Below the pieces are notes generated by a model, which saw nothing but the letters and a program-made list of their open reading frames with translations, made no database searches and was not told where the DNA came from. 32,000 nucleotides of DNA from Synechococcus elongatus PCC 6301 (GTDB lineage Bacteria; Cyanobacteriota; Cyanobacteriia; Synechococcales; Synechococcaceae). Below, one piece after another: positions 1 through 9,250 of the stretch. Position numbers and translations under genes: made by a program. Position 1 is the stretch's first letter, and the number at the start of each line of letters is the position of its first letter. The stretch is taken from contig NC_006576.1 in assembly GCF_000010065.1 (NCBI RefSeq), positions 2,460,001 through 2,492,000 of the forward strand. Direction: 5' to 3'.

Positions 1-1848
1 TCGGCGGTGGCATTGGGCCGGACTTGTCCTCGGGCGATGAGCCCGGAAGCGGCGAATTGGCGCAGCGCCAGCTGTTGCCCATCCCAGCCCCAGTCCAAGT
101 TGGCCTGACCATCGGCCCAACGCTGACCCTGCCAAGCCAGATTAGTCAGGGCTAGGCGACTGTCGGCCTGAACGGTGGTCAGAGACAACGCGTTCAGACT
201 GCCGTTCAGCTGGATTTGACCGCTCGCTTGGCCACCTAGGTCTGCTGTCAGTAGTTGCAGCGGCAGATCTCGGACCTGGACATCACCCTGCCAGCGATCG
301 CCCTGACTGGTGAGCCGGGCTTGAATCGCACCACGACCCGTTTGAACTAGCGCAACGGCCTGCCAATCGGGCTGACGGTTGAGAAAAATCTGGCCGTTGA
401 CGGTTTGCTGCTGGGCGGTGGTTTGCCAGCGAACTTCTGCCTCGGGGCGATCGAGGGTTCCCCGAATCTGACCACTGGCGATTAGGGATCCCAGTTCCAG
501 CTCGGTGGGAACCGCCGCTCCTAAGTTTTGCAACAGCTGTCGGCTGGAGAGACCCCGTAGATCTGCGGTGAAGGCGATCGGTCGGCTGGCTTGGCGTCCG
601 ACGCTGCCCTGAAGTGACAGTTGCCCCTGTTGGGCGATCGTGATCGCTCCTTGTTGAACGCGCAGTTGCTTAGCGTCCAGTTGGTATTGGGCAGTGGCCC
701 GACCGAGGGCGAGGCCCTGCCACGTGGTGCCGGCGGCCGGCGTCAGGACAATCGCGCCCCGAAACGCTTCGCGTGCTTGCTCAATGTTCAGCTGTGCTTG
801 CAGGGGGCCACCCAGTTTGAGCCCTGGCAAAGGCGATCGCGCCGTCGAGCTGCTGGCGGTTGTGGTCAGCTGAATCGTGCCGCCCTGATCGAACGTCCAA
901 TTTCCCTGTCCTTGGATTCGCCAGTCTTGCCAGCGGGCAGTGCCTCGTTGAACCGTAATCTGGCGATCTTGAAACTGCAGCGCTGCCGTCACTTGCTGCA
1001 AACGCACGGGGACTTCTGTTGCCTTGAGGGTTGCCGACTGCAACTGGGCTGAGCCGTTGATGGCCGTCACCTGTTGGTCCCGCAACTGCAGAGAGAGGTT
1101 ACCGCTGGCGGTGCCGGCCTCAGCGATCGCTGGCAACCGCAGCGTTTGGGCTAACAAGCGTTGCACTTCGGGCAGGGCTACCTGCTGACTGCGCAGGCGA
1201 ATTTCGCCATTCCTGCCGCCCTGAATCTCGCCTGCCACCCAGCCACGCTGGCCGGTACTCAATTGAGCCGTGGCTTGAAACCGAGCCCGCTGCTCTTGGG
1301 ACAGTTGCAAATGACCGGCGATCGCACTGAGGCGGATGGGGACCAGCAGTTGATTCTGGGTATTGCGGGGCTGGAGACTGAGTTTTCCGCCCGCAACAAC
1401 TAACTTGAGGTCGGGATATTCACTGATTTGAGCTTGGGTCGGGAAGGTATACCACTGGCCATTGCTGAGTTGCTGCAGACTGGCATCAACGTTTTCCAGA
1501 CGCAGCTGTAAGGGCAGACGACCTTGGAAGAGGCCAGCCCAATCGATCCCGACTGTGGTGGTCTGCCAACTAACAAAACTCGGGCCTGAGACAGTACCAA
1601 GCTGCGATTGCCCTAGGCGCACCCCATCCCAGTTCCAGCCCTCGATATTCCCAAGCTGAATCGGTTGCCCCAAAGCAGCGGTCAACTGCTGCTCAGCCTG
1701 GGGAATCAACCAAGTTTCTGCCAGACGCTGGGGACCACCGAGGCCCACCCAAACGCCGCCCGCTAGCACCAAGCCACCCCCAAGCATCCACCAAGCGCGC
1801 CGCCGCGATGGAGGATTGGGAGCGTGGGGCTCGGGCGAAGCAACCATG
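1..1848 (-). CDS. TamB/AsmA-like translocation-and-assembly-module protein (DUF490-type; homologue of plant TIC236). N-terminal 616 codons; 3' end lies outside the window.
   Basis: The minus-strand frame is open from ATG (CAT at 1846-1848) to position 1 with no stop, which would explain its absence from the ORF track. N-terminus MVASPEPHAPNPPSRRRAWWMLGGGLVLAGGVWVGLGG is a basic tail plus one TM anchor. It is followed by long Q/L/G/T-rich beta-type repeats (e.g. AALGQPIQLGNIEGWNWDGVRLGQSQLG), typical of TamB-like proteins. The family call is by pattern recognition only. Confidence 0.7.
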
Positions 1849-2321
1849 GCGTCTTTGGGGCTAGGGCTGGTACGAACGCTAGGCCATTATCTGGCGTCAC
1901 TTTTGACTGTCAACTAGAGATAGAACAGTTTGGGGTGACAGTCTTGCGATCGAGGCCAACCCAGAAGCGCGATCGCCCAGACCCAAGCCAGTGAGAGCTT
2001 GTTCTAAGACTCTATGCAGACTGTTTGAAGTGTGAATTTAATGACTGTTGCACTCCTGGTTGAGTTCCAAATAATTGCAACAATGATTCGATGGTTTGTA
2101 ACAGGGTAACGGTCACGCGAGGTAGCGATCGGCCTATCCATGGCTGCGATTGAACAAGTGACCAGCCCGGCCGGCCATCGCCCATTTCTCACCATTCCTC
2201 AATCGATCGCGCAGGATGACTGCGCCAAGAACCCGTTGCTCGAGGCCCATGGCGTCTTCCCAGCGGCGAGGAACGGAAGCAGGTTAGGATCGAGCACGAC
2301 CTTGCGAAACCCACCGCCGCC

Positions 2322-2804
2322 ATGCAGGCAGGCAATCTGCGCGACCTGTATCAGCAGGTCATCTTGGAGCATTACAAAAAGCCTCGCCACCGAGGGACGA
2401 CCGATCCGATTGACCGACGTCAGCGCGGTCATAATCCCTCCTGCGGCGACACCATTGAGCTGACCCTGAGCTTGGATGAAGCGGGCGATCGCATCGCAGC
2501 GGTCAAATTTGAGGGCGAAGGTTGTGCGATCGCCATGGCCTCAGCTGATTTGATGGCGGGGGCTCTCGTTGGCCGGACAGTGCCCGAAGCCCTAGAAATG
2601 GTCCAGACTTTCCAAGCCATGATGCGCGGGGAGACTGAATTTCCCCATGAGTTGCGCAAGCTCAACGTCATGAAAGGGGTGGCTCAGTTCCCGGTGCGAA
2701 TCAAATGCGCCAACTTGGCCTGGCATACCCTCCGAGCGGCCCTAGATGCGCCGCGTTTGAGCGATTTCGTCAGTACTGAAACCAGTGAGGAAGCGTCGGC
2801 ATGA
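2322..2804 (+). CDS. sufU: SufU/IscU-like Fe-S cluster assembly sulfur-transfer/scaffold protein
   Basis: 160 aa. LYQQVILEHYKKPRHRG, NPSCGD, EGEGCAIAMASA and RIKCANLAW match Bacillus-type SufU along its length, including the three conserved Cys. The stop overlaps the next start (ATGA at 2801-2804). Confidence 0.9.
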   Translation: MQAGNLRDLYQQVILEHYKKPRHRGTTDPIDRRQRGHNPSCGDTIELTLSLDEAGDRIAAVKFEGEGCAIAMASADLMAGALVGRTVPEALEMVQTFQAMMRGETEFPHELRKLNVMKGVAQFPVRIKCANLAWHTLRAALDAPRLSDFVSTETSEEASA

Positions 2805-3328
2805 ACAGCGCTGCTACCGATTTCTTTGCGATCGCTGGTTGGCTAGGCTGGGCAACCCTCGCCCTGACGATTTTGACTGTGCTGGCGTTTGTCCTTGGGT
2901 GGGGCTTTCGCTTCCGACTGGTGGGGGTGACCGCCTTCACGATCGTGCTCATTGGCGGCTGCATTGGCTTTGCCCTCGGCTTCAAGCAGCCTGTCAGCAT
3001 TGAAGGTGCTGCTCCTTTTAACGTGGTCTACGACGCTGGGGGCAGTGAGGCCGTGGTTGCCGTTGCCCCGACGATCGCGCCAGAAGCGGTTGAGCCGACC
3101 CTGAAGCAGGCAGCCTTCAACCTCTTTTCACGTGGCCGCTACAGCAGCCAGGGCGAACAACAGCTCCATATCCGCCTGCGTACGATTCTTCATCCCCAGC
3201 CCGGAATCTCTGAGCCGCTCTACCTCGGCGAGGTGAAGCGATCGCTGAATCAACTCGATGACGAGGCGATGCAAATCCTTGTCGATCCCCAGGCGATTGC
3301 TCGCTTGGCCGCTGCCGAAAATGGCTGA
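2801..3328 (+). CDS. Small membrane protein, Ycf51-like (DUF2518). The family name is from memory and uncertain.
   Basis: 175 aa. Two N-terminal hydrophobic helices (FAIAGWLGWATLALTILTVLAFVLGW and VGVTAFTIVLIGGCIGFALGF) precede a soluble domain. It is translationally coupled on both sides: ATGA overlap with sufU and an 8-nt overlap with the next gene. Confidence 0.7.
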   Translation: MNSAATDFFAIAGWLGWATLALTILTVLAFVLGWGFRFRLVGVTAFTIVLIGGCIGFALGFKQPVSIEGAAPFNVVYDAGGSEAVVAVAPTIAPEAVEPTLKQAAFNLFSRGRYSSQGEQQLHIRLRTILHPQPGISEPLYLGEVKRSLNQLDDEAMQILVDPQAIARLAAAENG

Positions 3329-3743
3329 GTCGGTGCCGGCTCAGGGGTGGCCGCTGACGCAGCTCCCAGGGCTGAGCAATGGCGATCGCCAACAACTGGC
3401 AGCGCACGGCATTCACTTCAGCCTGGACTTACTCAAGCTGCGATCGGAAGCGGCGCAACTGGACTTAGCTCAGCAGCTGCGACAGCCCGTCCAGCGGGTG
3501 CGCAAATGGCAAGCTTTGGCACAGCTTTCGCATCTGCCCTCGGTCAACCATCGTTGGTGTGGCGTGCTGCTGCACACGGGCATCAGTAGCCCGCAAATGC
3601 TGGCGCTTCAGAGTCCGCCCCAATTGCATCAACGCCTGCATCGTCTCCAGCGATCGCTATTGGGCGATCGCAGTCCAGCCCCGACCCTTGGGCAAGTCGA
3701 TCGCTGGATTCGCGAAGCCCAACAGTTTTTGCAACGGCGCTAG
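3321..3743 (+). CDS. DUF4332-like protein with two helix-hairpin-helix-like repeats
   Basis: I start it at ATG 3321, inside track ORF 3258..3743 (MAESVPAQGW...). That start overlaps the upstream stop by 8 nt. There are two internal repeats: LTQLPGLSNGDRQQLAAHGIHFSLDLL and LSHLPSVNHRWCGVLLHTGISSPQMLA. The stop TAG at 3741-3743 overlaps the convergent sigma-factor stop. Confidence 0.7.
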   Translation: MAESVPAQGWPLTQLPGLSNGDRQQLAAHGIHFSLDLLKLRSEAAQLDLAQQLRQPVQRVRKWQALAQLSHLPSVNHRWCGVLLHTGISSPQMLALQSPPQLHQRLHRLQRSLLGDRSPAPTLGQVDRWIREAQQFLQRR

Positions 3744-4567
3744 GCTAAGGGCTCGTTTGCCATGCGGTCGAGGTGCTCGGCGATTTTTTGAACCCCGCGA
3801 TTGATCCGGCGGGTAATCGTCATCGGACTGATACCAAATTGCTGGGCCGCTTCTTTGCGGGTTAGCCCGCGCAGGTAAACAGATTCGATCGCTGTTCTGG
3901 CTTTTTCTTCCAGTTGGCCGATCGCTTCCACCAGCTGTTGACGCTCTTCAAGGGCGGCCTGCTGCCACTGCTGGCTGGTATCGGGCAGGGTTTCCACCAA
4001 GGTGACGGAAGAATCACCGGCTTGACTGAGCGTGGCATCCAGACTCATCGGCATCCGATTACGGCGAGCGAGGTGAATTTCTTGCCATTCCGTCATTGAC
4101 AGATTGAGAGCAAAAGCCAGCTCTTGTTCCGTTGGGGCTCGTCCCCATTCATGGCGCAGGACCTCCCGCAATTGCTGTCCTTGACGCTGCAGTTCTTGCC
4201 AGCGGCGCGGAATCCGAATGCTATGACAACTGTCGCGTAAAAAATGAAGAATTTCGCCGCGTATATAGGGCACTGCAAAGGAACTAAATGCACACCCTTG
4301 ATGAGGCTGAAATCGCTCGATCGCTCGAATTAATCCCATGAAACCAATCTGTTCCAGATCTTCATAGGGTTCAGAGCATTGCCGGCTTAATCGGTGGGCA
4401 ATTTTGCGGACCAGCCCTAGATTGAGCTGAACAATCTGGTTGCGGAGGGCAATGCTGGGAGTCTCAGCGTAGGCGACCAGCAATTCCATCCCTCGGGTTC
4501 GTAACGCTGCTTGGTTCACCACTATCAGGCCTCCGAGGACTGTGTGAGGCAAAGAGAACTTGGGCAT
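3740..4567 (-). CDS. sigF: RNA polymerase sigma-70 family factor, group 3 (SigF/SigB-type). Possibly the sigF2 paralogue of S. elongatus.
   Basis: 275 aa. Region 2 is present (LRNQIVQLNLGLVRKIAHRL, YEDLEQIGFMGLIRAIERF, FSSFAVPYIRGEILHFLRD). Region 4 has an HTH (LRGLTRKEAAQQFGISPMTITRRINRG). There is no region 1.1 and no long non-conserved insert, which indicates group 3. An alternative start is ATG 4489 (MELLVAYAETP...). Confidence 0.9.
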   Translation of the reverse strand: MPKFSLPHTVLGGLIVVNQAALRTRGMELLVAYAETPSIALRNQIVQLNLGLVRKIAHRLSRQCSEPYEDLEQIGFMGLIRAIERFQPHQGCAFSSFAVPYIRGEILHFLRDSCHSIRIPRRWQELQRQGQQLREVLRHEWGRAPTEQELAFALNLSMTEWQEIHLARRNRMPMSLDATLSQAGDSSVTLVETLPDTSQQWQQAALEERQQLVEAIGQLEEKARTAIESVYLRGLTRKEAAQQFGISPMTITRRINRGVQKIAEHLDRMANEPLA

Positions 4568-4880
4568 CCTAAACAGGGAGTTTGCTGTCGCTCTCTTTTC
4601 CCACCGTACGAAGGGGACTAGAGGAGTGCTATGAACTGCAATAATCCTTGATACTCCCTCGATATTCGTGACTCAAAAGCGTTGCTAAAGCTGAAATTTT
4701 GGGCCGTTATCGCGATCTTCGGTTAATCAGAACATGCTCTCGCAACAATGAAGAAATGTTGCGGCACTTTGAGCATGACCAAGGTCAACGCCCCTTGATC
4801 AATCACCTGATCCGCTGACCATTGAGTTCTGCTAGTTCAGCCCGCCCATTGGCAACGCCAATCTGGAAAACGATGGGTTT

Positions 4881-7748
4881 CTAGGGCTGGTCAGGGTTGA
4901 GGACAGCGGACTGCTCGGTCGTCAACACCGGTTGTTCAAGCGGCGTCAGGGCGGGTGTTGAGTCTGGAAACAGTTTTTGCAGGCTTTCGAGGAGGCTGGG
5001 AGTCATCACAATGCGATCTTGGTAGGCCGTAATGACGCGGGTGAGCGCTGGCAAGCTATTGCGCGAGGCTTCTAAGTAGAGTGGCTCAACGTAGAGCAGC
5101 GCTTGGTCAATGGGAATAACCAGCAAGTTGCCTTCGGCAGCGCGGGAGCCTTCGCGGTTCCAGAGCGTAATTTGCTCAGAAATCTGAGGATCTTGGTTGA
5201 TGCGAGCCGTGATTTGCTCGGGACCAAAAATGAGGCGCTGGCGCGGAAATTCGTAGAGCAAGAGGCGACCGTATTCCTCGCCGTCTGATCGCCCCGCCAG
5301 CCAAGCAATCATATTGTTACGCCCCAATGGTGTGAAGGGCGTCAGGATCAGGAACTCTTCGCTCGCAGCGGTCGGTAAGCGCGTAATTAAGTAGTAGGGC
5401 TGAACGGTTGCCGTCTCGCCAGCGTAGATTTCGCGTGGGTAGGCCCACTGGTCATCGCGGTTGTAGAAAACCTGTGGATCGAGTACGTGGTAGGTCAGCA
5501 GTTGCGACGACTGAGCCTTGAAGAGGTCTGTGGGATAGCGCAAATGCGATCGCAGTACTGGCGCCATCGCATCAATCGGCTGGAACAGCGACGGGAAGAG
5601 TCTGGACCAGGTTTGAATCAGTGGATCCTTGGGGTCAACGATATAGAACTGGACGCTGCCGTTGTAGGCATCGATGATCACTTTGACTGAGTTGCGGATG
5701 TAGTTGAAGGGTTGCTCGCCCGGATCAGCGTAGGGATAGCGATCGCTAACGGTGTAGGCGTCCAAAATCCAAAATAGGGAACTGCGCCCCAAGCCCGAGG
5801 CCTCAGCTGTGTCGGCGTTGACAGAGACCAGGTAGGGCTCCGCGTCGTAGCGCAAAAATGGTGCGATCGCTCGGACGCGGTCTTCAATTTGGCGGCGGAA
5901 CAGGACGCGAGTCTGGGCGGTTAAATCTCCGGAAAAGGGAAGGCGCCAGTCCCGTAGATACAAGGAAAAGAGCAGTCGCTGCGCATAGTTGCCCAGTGTG
6001 ACGCCACCCTTGCCGTCGTAGATGTTGTAGACGTTATCGTTGCCGCTGGGATAGTCCAGCTCTTGGGTGCGACTGGGCGTGAAAACGTAATTGCGGGTGA
6101 GCTGGCCGTAGTAAATGCGCGGGTTTTCAGTCGATATCGCAGCTTTGACAGCTTCGGTGCTGATTCCCAAGCTGGCGTCGCCAATGATGCGGGTGTTGGC
6201 CCCGATGTCCTTGACGAAGTAGCGAGGCAACCCATCGGGAGCGCTGCTGTTGACTGGGCTAAGGGTGAAGCCATAGCCATGGGTGTAGACCAGGTGTTCA
6301 TTGACCCAGGTTTTGGCGGCGGCGGGAATGGCGGTGTAGTCCAGCTCGCGTGCTGCAATAATCACTTGCTGCAGAGCATCCCCAAAGCTGGTCTGAAGGC
6401 GATAGCGATCGATTTGGGCGCTGGGGAAGCTGTAGTAGAGGCGGATTTGCTGCAACTGCCGATTGCTCTGCAGGAGCGGCCGCGTATCCCAAAGGCGAAT
6501 ATTCTGAACAGTTTCGCGATTAGCCGCCAGGACGGCGCGGTTGAGGCTGGGCTGGGGGTCAAACGTGCGCGTTTCAATTTGATCGAGGCCAAAAGCTCGG
6601 CGGGTAAACAGAATGGCCTGCTTCAGATAAGGCAGCTCGCGAGCAATTTCGTTGGGTTGCACCACCAGTTGCTGCACGATCGCGGGTAGGGTCACCCAGA
6701 TCAGGACGCTGGCGATCGCTGCTAGTTGAAAGTTGCGAATCCAGCGCTGAGGCAGAAGCCCCCGCCGACTTTGCCAGAACAGGGCGATCGCGGCGATGCC
6801 AAACAGAATCATCCAAACCTGTAGCAGCGGTAGTTTGACCCAGCGATCGGTGAAGCCGATGCCATAGACCGCCCCCAATTCGGAAAACAGCAACTGCCGT
6901 TGGGCCAGCCAGCAATGTCCTGCTAGGAACAGGGCGATCGCGATCGCCAATCGCACTAGATGGCGCTGTTGACTAGGGGCAAAGCCGCGAAACTCAGCGT
7001 TGCTGACACTCTGCTTGGCGAGGTAATAGACAGCCAGAACCGCGCAAAAACTAAAGGCCAGCCCAATCCAGAGGTCAAACTGCAGCACCTCTAGGGCTGG
7101 TAGTCGAAACAGATAAAAGGCAAGATCCTGCTGGAAAATCGGATCGCGATCGCTGACGCTTTCGGCGGCAAAAGCGGGCCAAATGCGCAGCCATTCCCGC
7201 GAGGTCAACAGGGCGATCGCCAGACTGGTCAGGCTTGATAAGCCGATCAGGAGGGGCCAAGGTCGCCAGAGAAAGAGGACTAAGCTACCCACGCCTAGGA
7301 GCAACCCCATCCCTAGAGGCCAAGACCCTGCTGTGATCAGTGAGGATTGCAGCCAGTCCAGCGTCAGGATTTGCGGCAGGAATGGCAGCGCGCGGCCAGT
7401 CTGACAGTTCCAAGCGGCAAGGATGGCTTGGGTCGTCAAGGCTAGTAGGGCAATCCAGAGTAGCGTTAAGACCGTGAGCAGACCGCCCAACTGCAGGCGA
7501 GGTGCCGGGCGATCGGGTTGATCTGTTTGATGGCGCGCCGCCCAGCGCAAGTTCCCGCCAATCAGTCCTGTGATCGCAATGCCTACAACGCTGAACAGCA
7601 GCGCTTGTACCGCTAGTCGCCGCAAAAACACAGTCGGGATGCCTAGGGCTGTAAACCACAGGGTTTCAATGTGGATGCGTGTCAGCAAGCTCAGTCCTAG
7701 GGCGATCGCCGCGATCGCAAGTCCCCAGCGGCTTAAGTGGCGAGGCAT
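4881..7748 (-). CDS. UPF0182-family large integral membrane protein (COG1615-like), function unknown
   Basis: 955 aa. There are about 7 N-terminal TM helices, then a large soluble region with conserved-looking blocks (LWDTRPL, YYSFPS, VYTHGYGF, YPYADP, PYYLITRLP). The family call is by recollection of the architecture. Confidence 0.85.
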   Translation of the reverse strand: MPRHLSRWGLAIAAIALGLSLLTRIHIETLWFTALGIPTVFLRRLAVQALLFSVVGIAITGLIGGNLRWAARHQTDQPDRPAPRLQLGGLLTVLTLLWIALLALTTQAILAAWNCQTGRALPFLPQILTLDWLQSSLITAGSWPLGMGLLLGVGSLVLFLWRPWPLLIGLSSLTSLAIALLTSREWLRIWPAFAAESVSDRDPIFQQDLAFYLFRLPALEVLQFDLWIGLAFSFCAVLAVYYLAKQSVSNAEFRGFAPSQQRHLVRLAIAIALFLAGHCWLAQRQLLFSELGAVYGIGFTDRWVKLPLLQVWMILFGIAAIALFWQSRRGLLPQRWIRNFQLAAIASVLIWVTLPAIVQQLVVQPNEIARELPYLKQAILFTRRAFGLDQIETRTFDPQPSLNRAVLAANRETVQNIRLWDTRPLLQSNRQLQQIRLYYSFPSAQIDRYRLQTSFGDALQQVIIAARELDYTAIPAAAKTWVNEHLVYTHGYGFTLSPVNSSAPDGLPRYFVKDIGANTRIIGDASLGISTEAVKAAISTENPRIYYGQLTRNYVFTPSRTQELDYPSGNDNVYNIYDGKGGVTLGNYAQRLLFSLYLRDWRLPFSGDLTAQTRVLFRRQIEDRVRAIAPFLRYDAEPYLVSVNADTAEASGLGRSSLFWILDAYTVSDRYPYADPGEQPFNYIRNSVKVIIDAYNGSVQFYIVDPKDPLIQTWSRLFPSLFQPIDAMAPVLRSHLRYPTDLFKAQSSQLLTYHVLDPQVFYNRDDQWAYPREIYAGETATVQPYYLITRLPTAASEEFLILTPFTPLGRNNMIAWLAGRSDGEEYGRLLLYEFPRQRLIFGPEQITARINQDPQISEQITLWNREGSRAAEGNLLVIPIDQALLYVEPLYLEASRNSLPALTRVITAYQDRIVMTPSLLESLQKLFPDSTPALTPLEQPVLTTEQSAVLNPDQP

Positions 7749-7834
7749 GGACCAACCCAGTCAACGCACCGATCTTAGCCGTCGATCTGTTTCTGACTGC
7801 CTTGAAAATTGCTGGGTATTTCCCCCATCTCGAC

Positions 7835-7866
7835 AAACACAGACTGTTTTAGTCTGTGTTTTTGAA
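7835..7866 (+). terminator. Orphan intrinsic-terminator-like hairpin in the UPF0182/thrC divergent intergenic region
   Basis: AAACACAGACT (7835-7845) pairs perfectly with AGTCTGTGTTT (7851-7861), giving an 11-bp stem with a 5-nt loop. On the + strand it is followed by more T, giving a 5-T run. No gene ends here. Confidence 0.4.
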
Positions 7867-7929
7867 GCAAAATCTGTAACCGTGCTAACATCCGTGTCAT
7901 TGCAGCACCCGCCGTTTCGGCAGTGATCC

Positions 7930-9222
7930 ATGACCCAAACGACACTCAGCACCAGCACCGTGAAGGCACTCAAGTGTAAAGAGTGCGGTCATGAGTATGA
8001 CCTGGGTGCCAAGCACGTTTGTGAAGATGTCTGTTTCGGCCCGCTGGAAGTGGTCTATGACTACGACGCCATTCGCCAACGCGTCAGTCGCGCCACCATT
8101 GAAGCGGGCCCTAACTCAATTTGGCGCTATCGTCACTTCCTGCCTGTTACTGGCGAAGACGTCATTGACGTTGGCACCGGCATGACCCCTTTGGTTGAAG
8201 CCAAACGCTTGGCTCGCCGCTTGGGTCTGAAAAAGCTTTTCATCAAAAACGATGCGGTCAACATGCCGACCTTGAGCTTCAAGGATCGGGTCGTTTCCGT
8301 GGCGCTGACCCGTGCGCGTGAGCTTGGCTTCAGCACTGTTTCCTGCGCTAGCACCGGCAACCTCGCTAACTCAACGGCCGCGATCGCGGCTCATGCCGGT
8401 CTGGACTGCTGCGTCTTCATTCCTGCTGATCTGGAAGCCGGTAAAGTCCTCGGCACCTTGATCTATAACCCGACCTTGATGGCGGTCAAAGGCAACTACG
8501 ACCAAGTCAACCGCCTCTGCTCCGAAGTCGCTAACACCCACGGCTGGGGCTTCGTCAACATCAACCTGCGCCCCTACTACTCGGAAGGCTCGAAAACGCT
8601 GGGCTACGAAGTGGCTGAGCAACTGGGCTGGCAACTGCCGGATCACATTGTGGCGCCGCTGGCTTCGGGCTCGCTGTTCACCAAAATCTACAAAGGCTTC
8701 CGCGAATTCGTCGATGTCGGTCTTGTCGATGACAAAGCCGTGCGCTTCAGCGGTGCTCAAGCCGAAGGTTGCTCGCCGATCGCCAAAGCTTTCCATGAAG
8801 GTCGCGACTTTATCGCCCCTGAAAAACCCAACACGATCGCTAAATCGATCGCGATCGGCAACCCTGCTGACGGCATCTATGCGGTTGAAATTGCTCGCAA
8901 AACCGGCGGCAACATCGAAGCAGTCAATGACACCGAGATCATCGAAGGCATCAAGCTACTGGCCGAGACCGAAGGCATCTTTACCGAAACTGCTGGCGGT
9001 ACCACCGTCGCTGTGCTCAAGAAATTGGTGGAAGCAGGCAAAATCAATCCTGATGAAACCACGGTGGTCTACATCACCGGCAACGGTCTGAAGACCCAAG
9101 AAGCCGTTCAGGGCTACATTGCTGAGCCGTTCACGATTGAGCCGAAACTGGAAAGCTTCGAGCATGCGCTAGAGCGCTCTCGGACCCTCGATCGCTTGGA
9201 ATGGCAGCAAGTGCTGATCTAG
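7930..9222 (+). CDS. thrC: Threonine synthase-family PLP enzyme with an N-terminal Cys4 zinc-ribbon-like knuckle
   Basis: 430 aa. It has the PLP-lysine motif PTLSFKDRVVSV, ASTGNLANSTAA, and overall ThrC-like blocks (LRPYYSEGSKTLGYE, APLASGSL, IAIGNPADG). The N-terminus is KCKECGHEYDLGAKHVCEDVC. Confidence 0.9.
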   Translation: MTQTTLSTSTVKALKCKECGHEYDLGAKHVCEDVCFGPLEVVYDYDAIRQRVSRATIEAGPNSIWRYRHFLPVTGEDVIDVGTGMTPLVEAKRLARRLGLKKLFIKNDAVNMPTLSFKDRVVSVALTRARELGFSTVSCASTGNLANSTAAIAAHAGLDCCVFIPADLEAGKVLGTLIYNPTLMAVKGNYDQVNRLCSEVANTHGWGFVNINLRPYYSEGSKTLGYEVAEQLGWQLPDHIVAPLASGSLFTKIYKGFREFVDVGLVDDKAVRFSGAQAEGCSPIAKAFHEGRDFIAPEKPNTIAKSIAIGNPADGIYAVEIARKTGGNIEAVNDTEIIEGIKLLAETEGIFTETAGGTTVAVLKKLVEAGKINPDETTVVYITGNGLKTQEAVQGYIAEPFTIEPKLESFEHALERSRTLDRLEWQQVLI

Positions 9223-9250
9223 GCGATCGCCTTTTACTGATACAAATGAG

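Noticed and set aside
621-1600. Track ORFs 621-1052(+), 1161-1403(+), 1400-1600(-) and 1462-1659(+).
   Set aside because: All lie inside, antisense to, or out of frame with the long open TamB-like frame that runs 1848 to 1 on the minus strand.
2140-2463. A 107-aa + strand ORF upstream of and overlapping the sufU start. ORFs 2004-2195(-) and 2199-2432(-) are similar.
   Set aside because: They have no motifs and overlap the well-supported sufU frame. The sufU N-terminus (LYQQVILEHYKKP) fits ATG 2322.
6063-6689. A 208-aa + strand ORF antisense to the UPF0182 gene. Similar antisense or alternative-frame ORFs lie at 5921-6358, 6574-6915 and 7285-7659.
   Set aside because: These are typical GC-rich shadow ORFs with low-complexity Ala/Gly/Arg composition and no recognisable motifs. 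The minus-strand 955-aa ORF explains the region.
7747-7926. A 59-codon + strand uORF ending 4 nt before the thrC ATG, considered as a possible Thr-attenuation leader peptide.
   Set aside because: It has no run of Thr/Ile regulatory codons. Its ATG is merely the complement-overlap of the UPF0182 start. The hairpin lies in its middle rather than after it.
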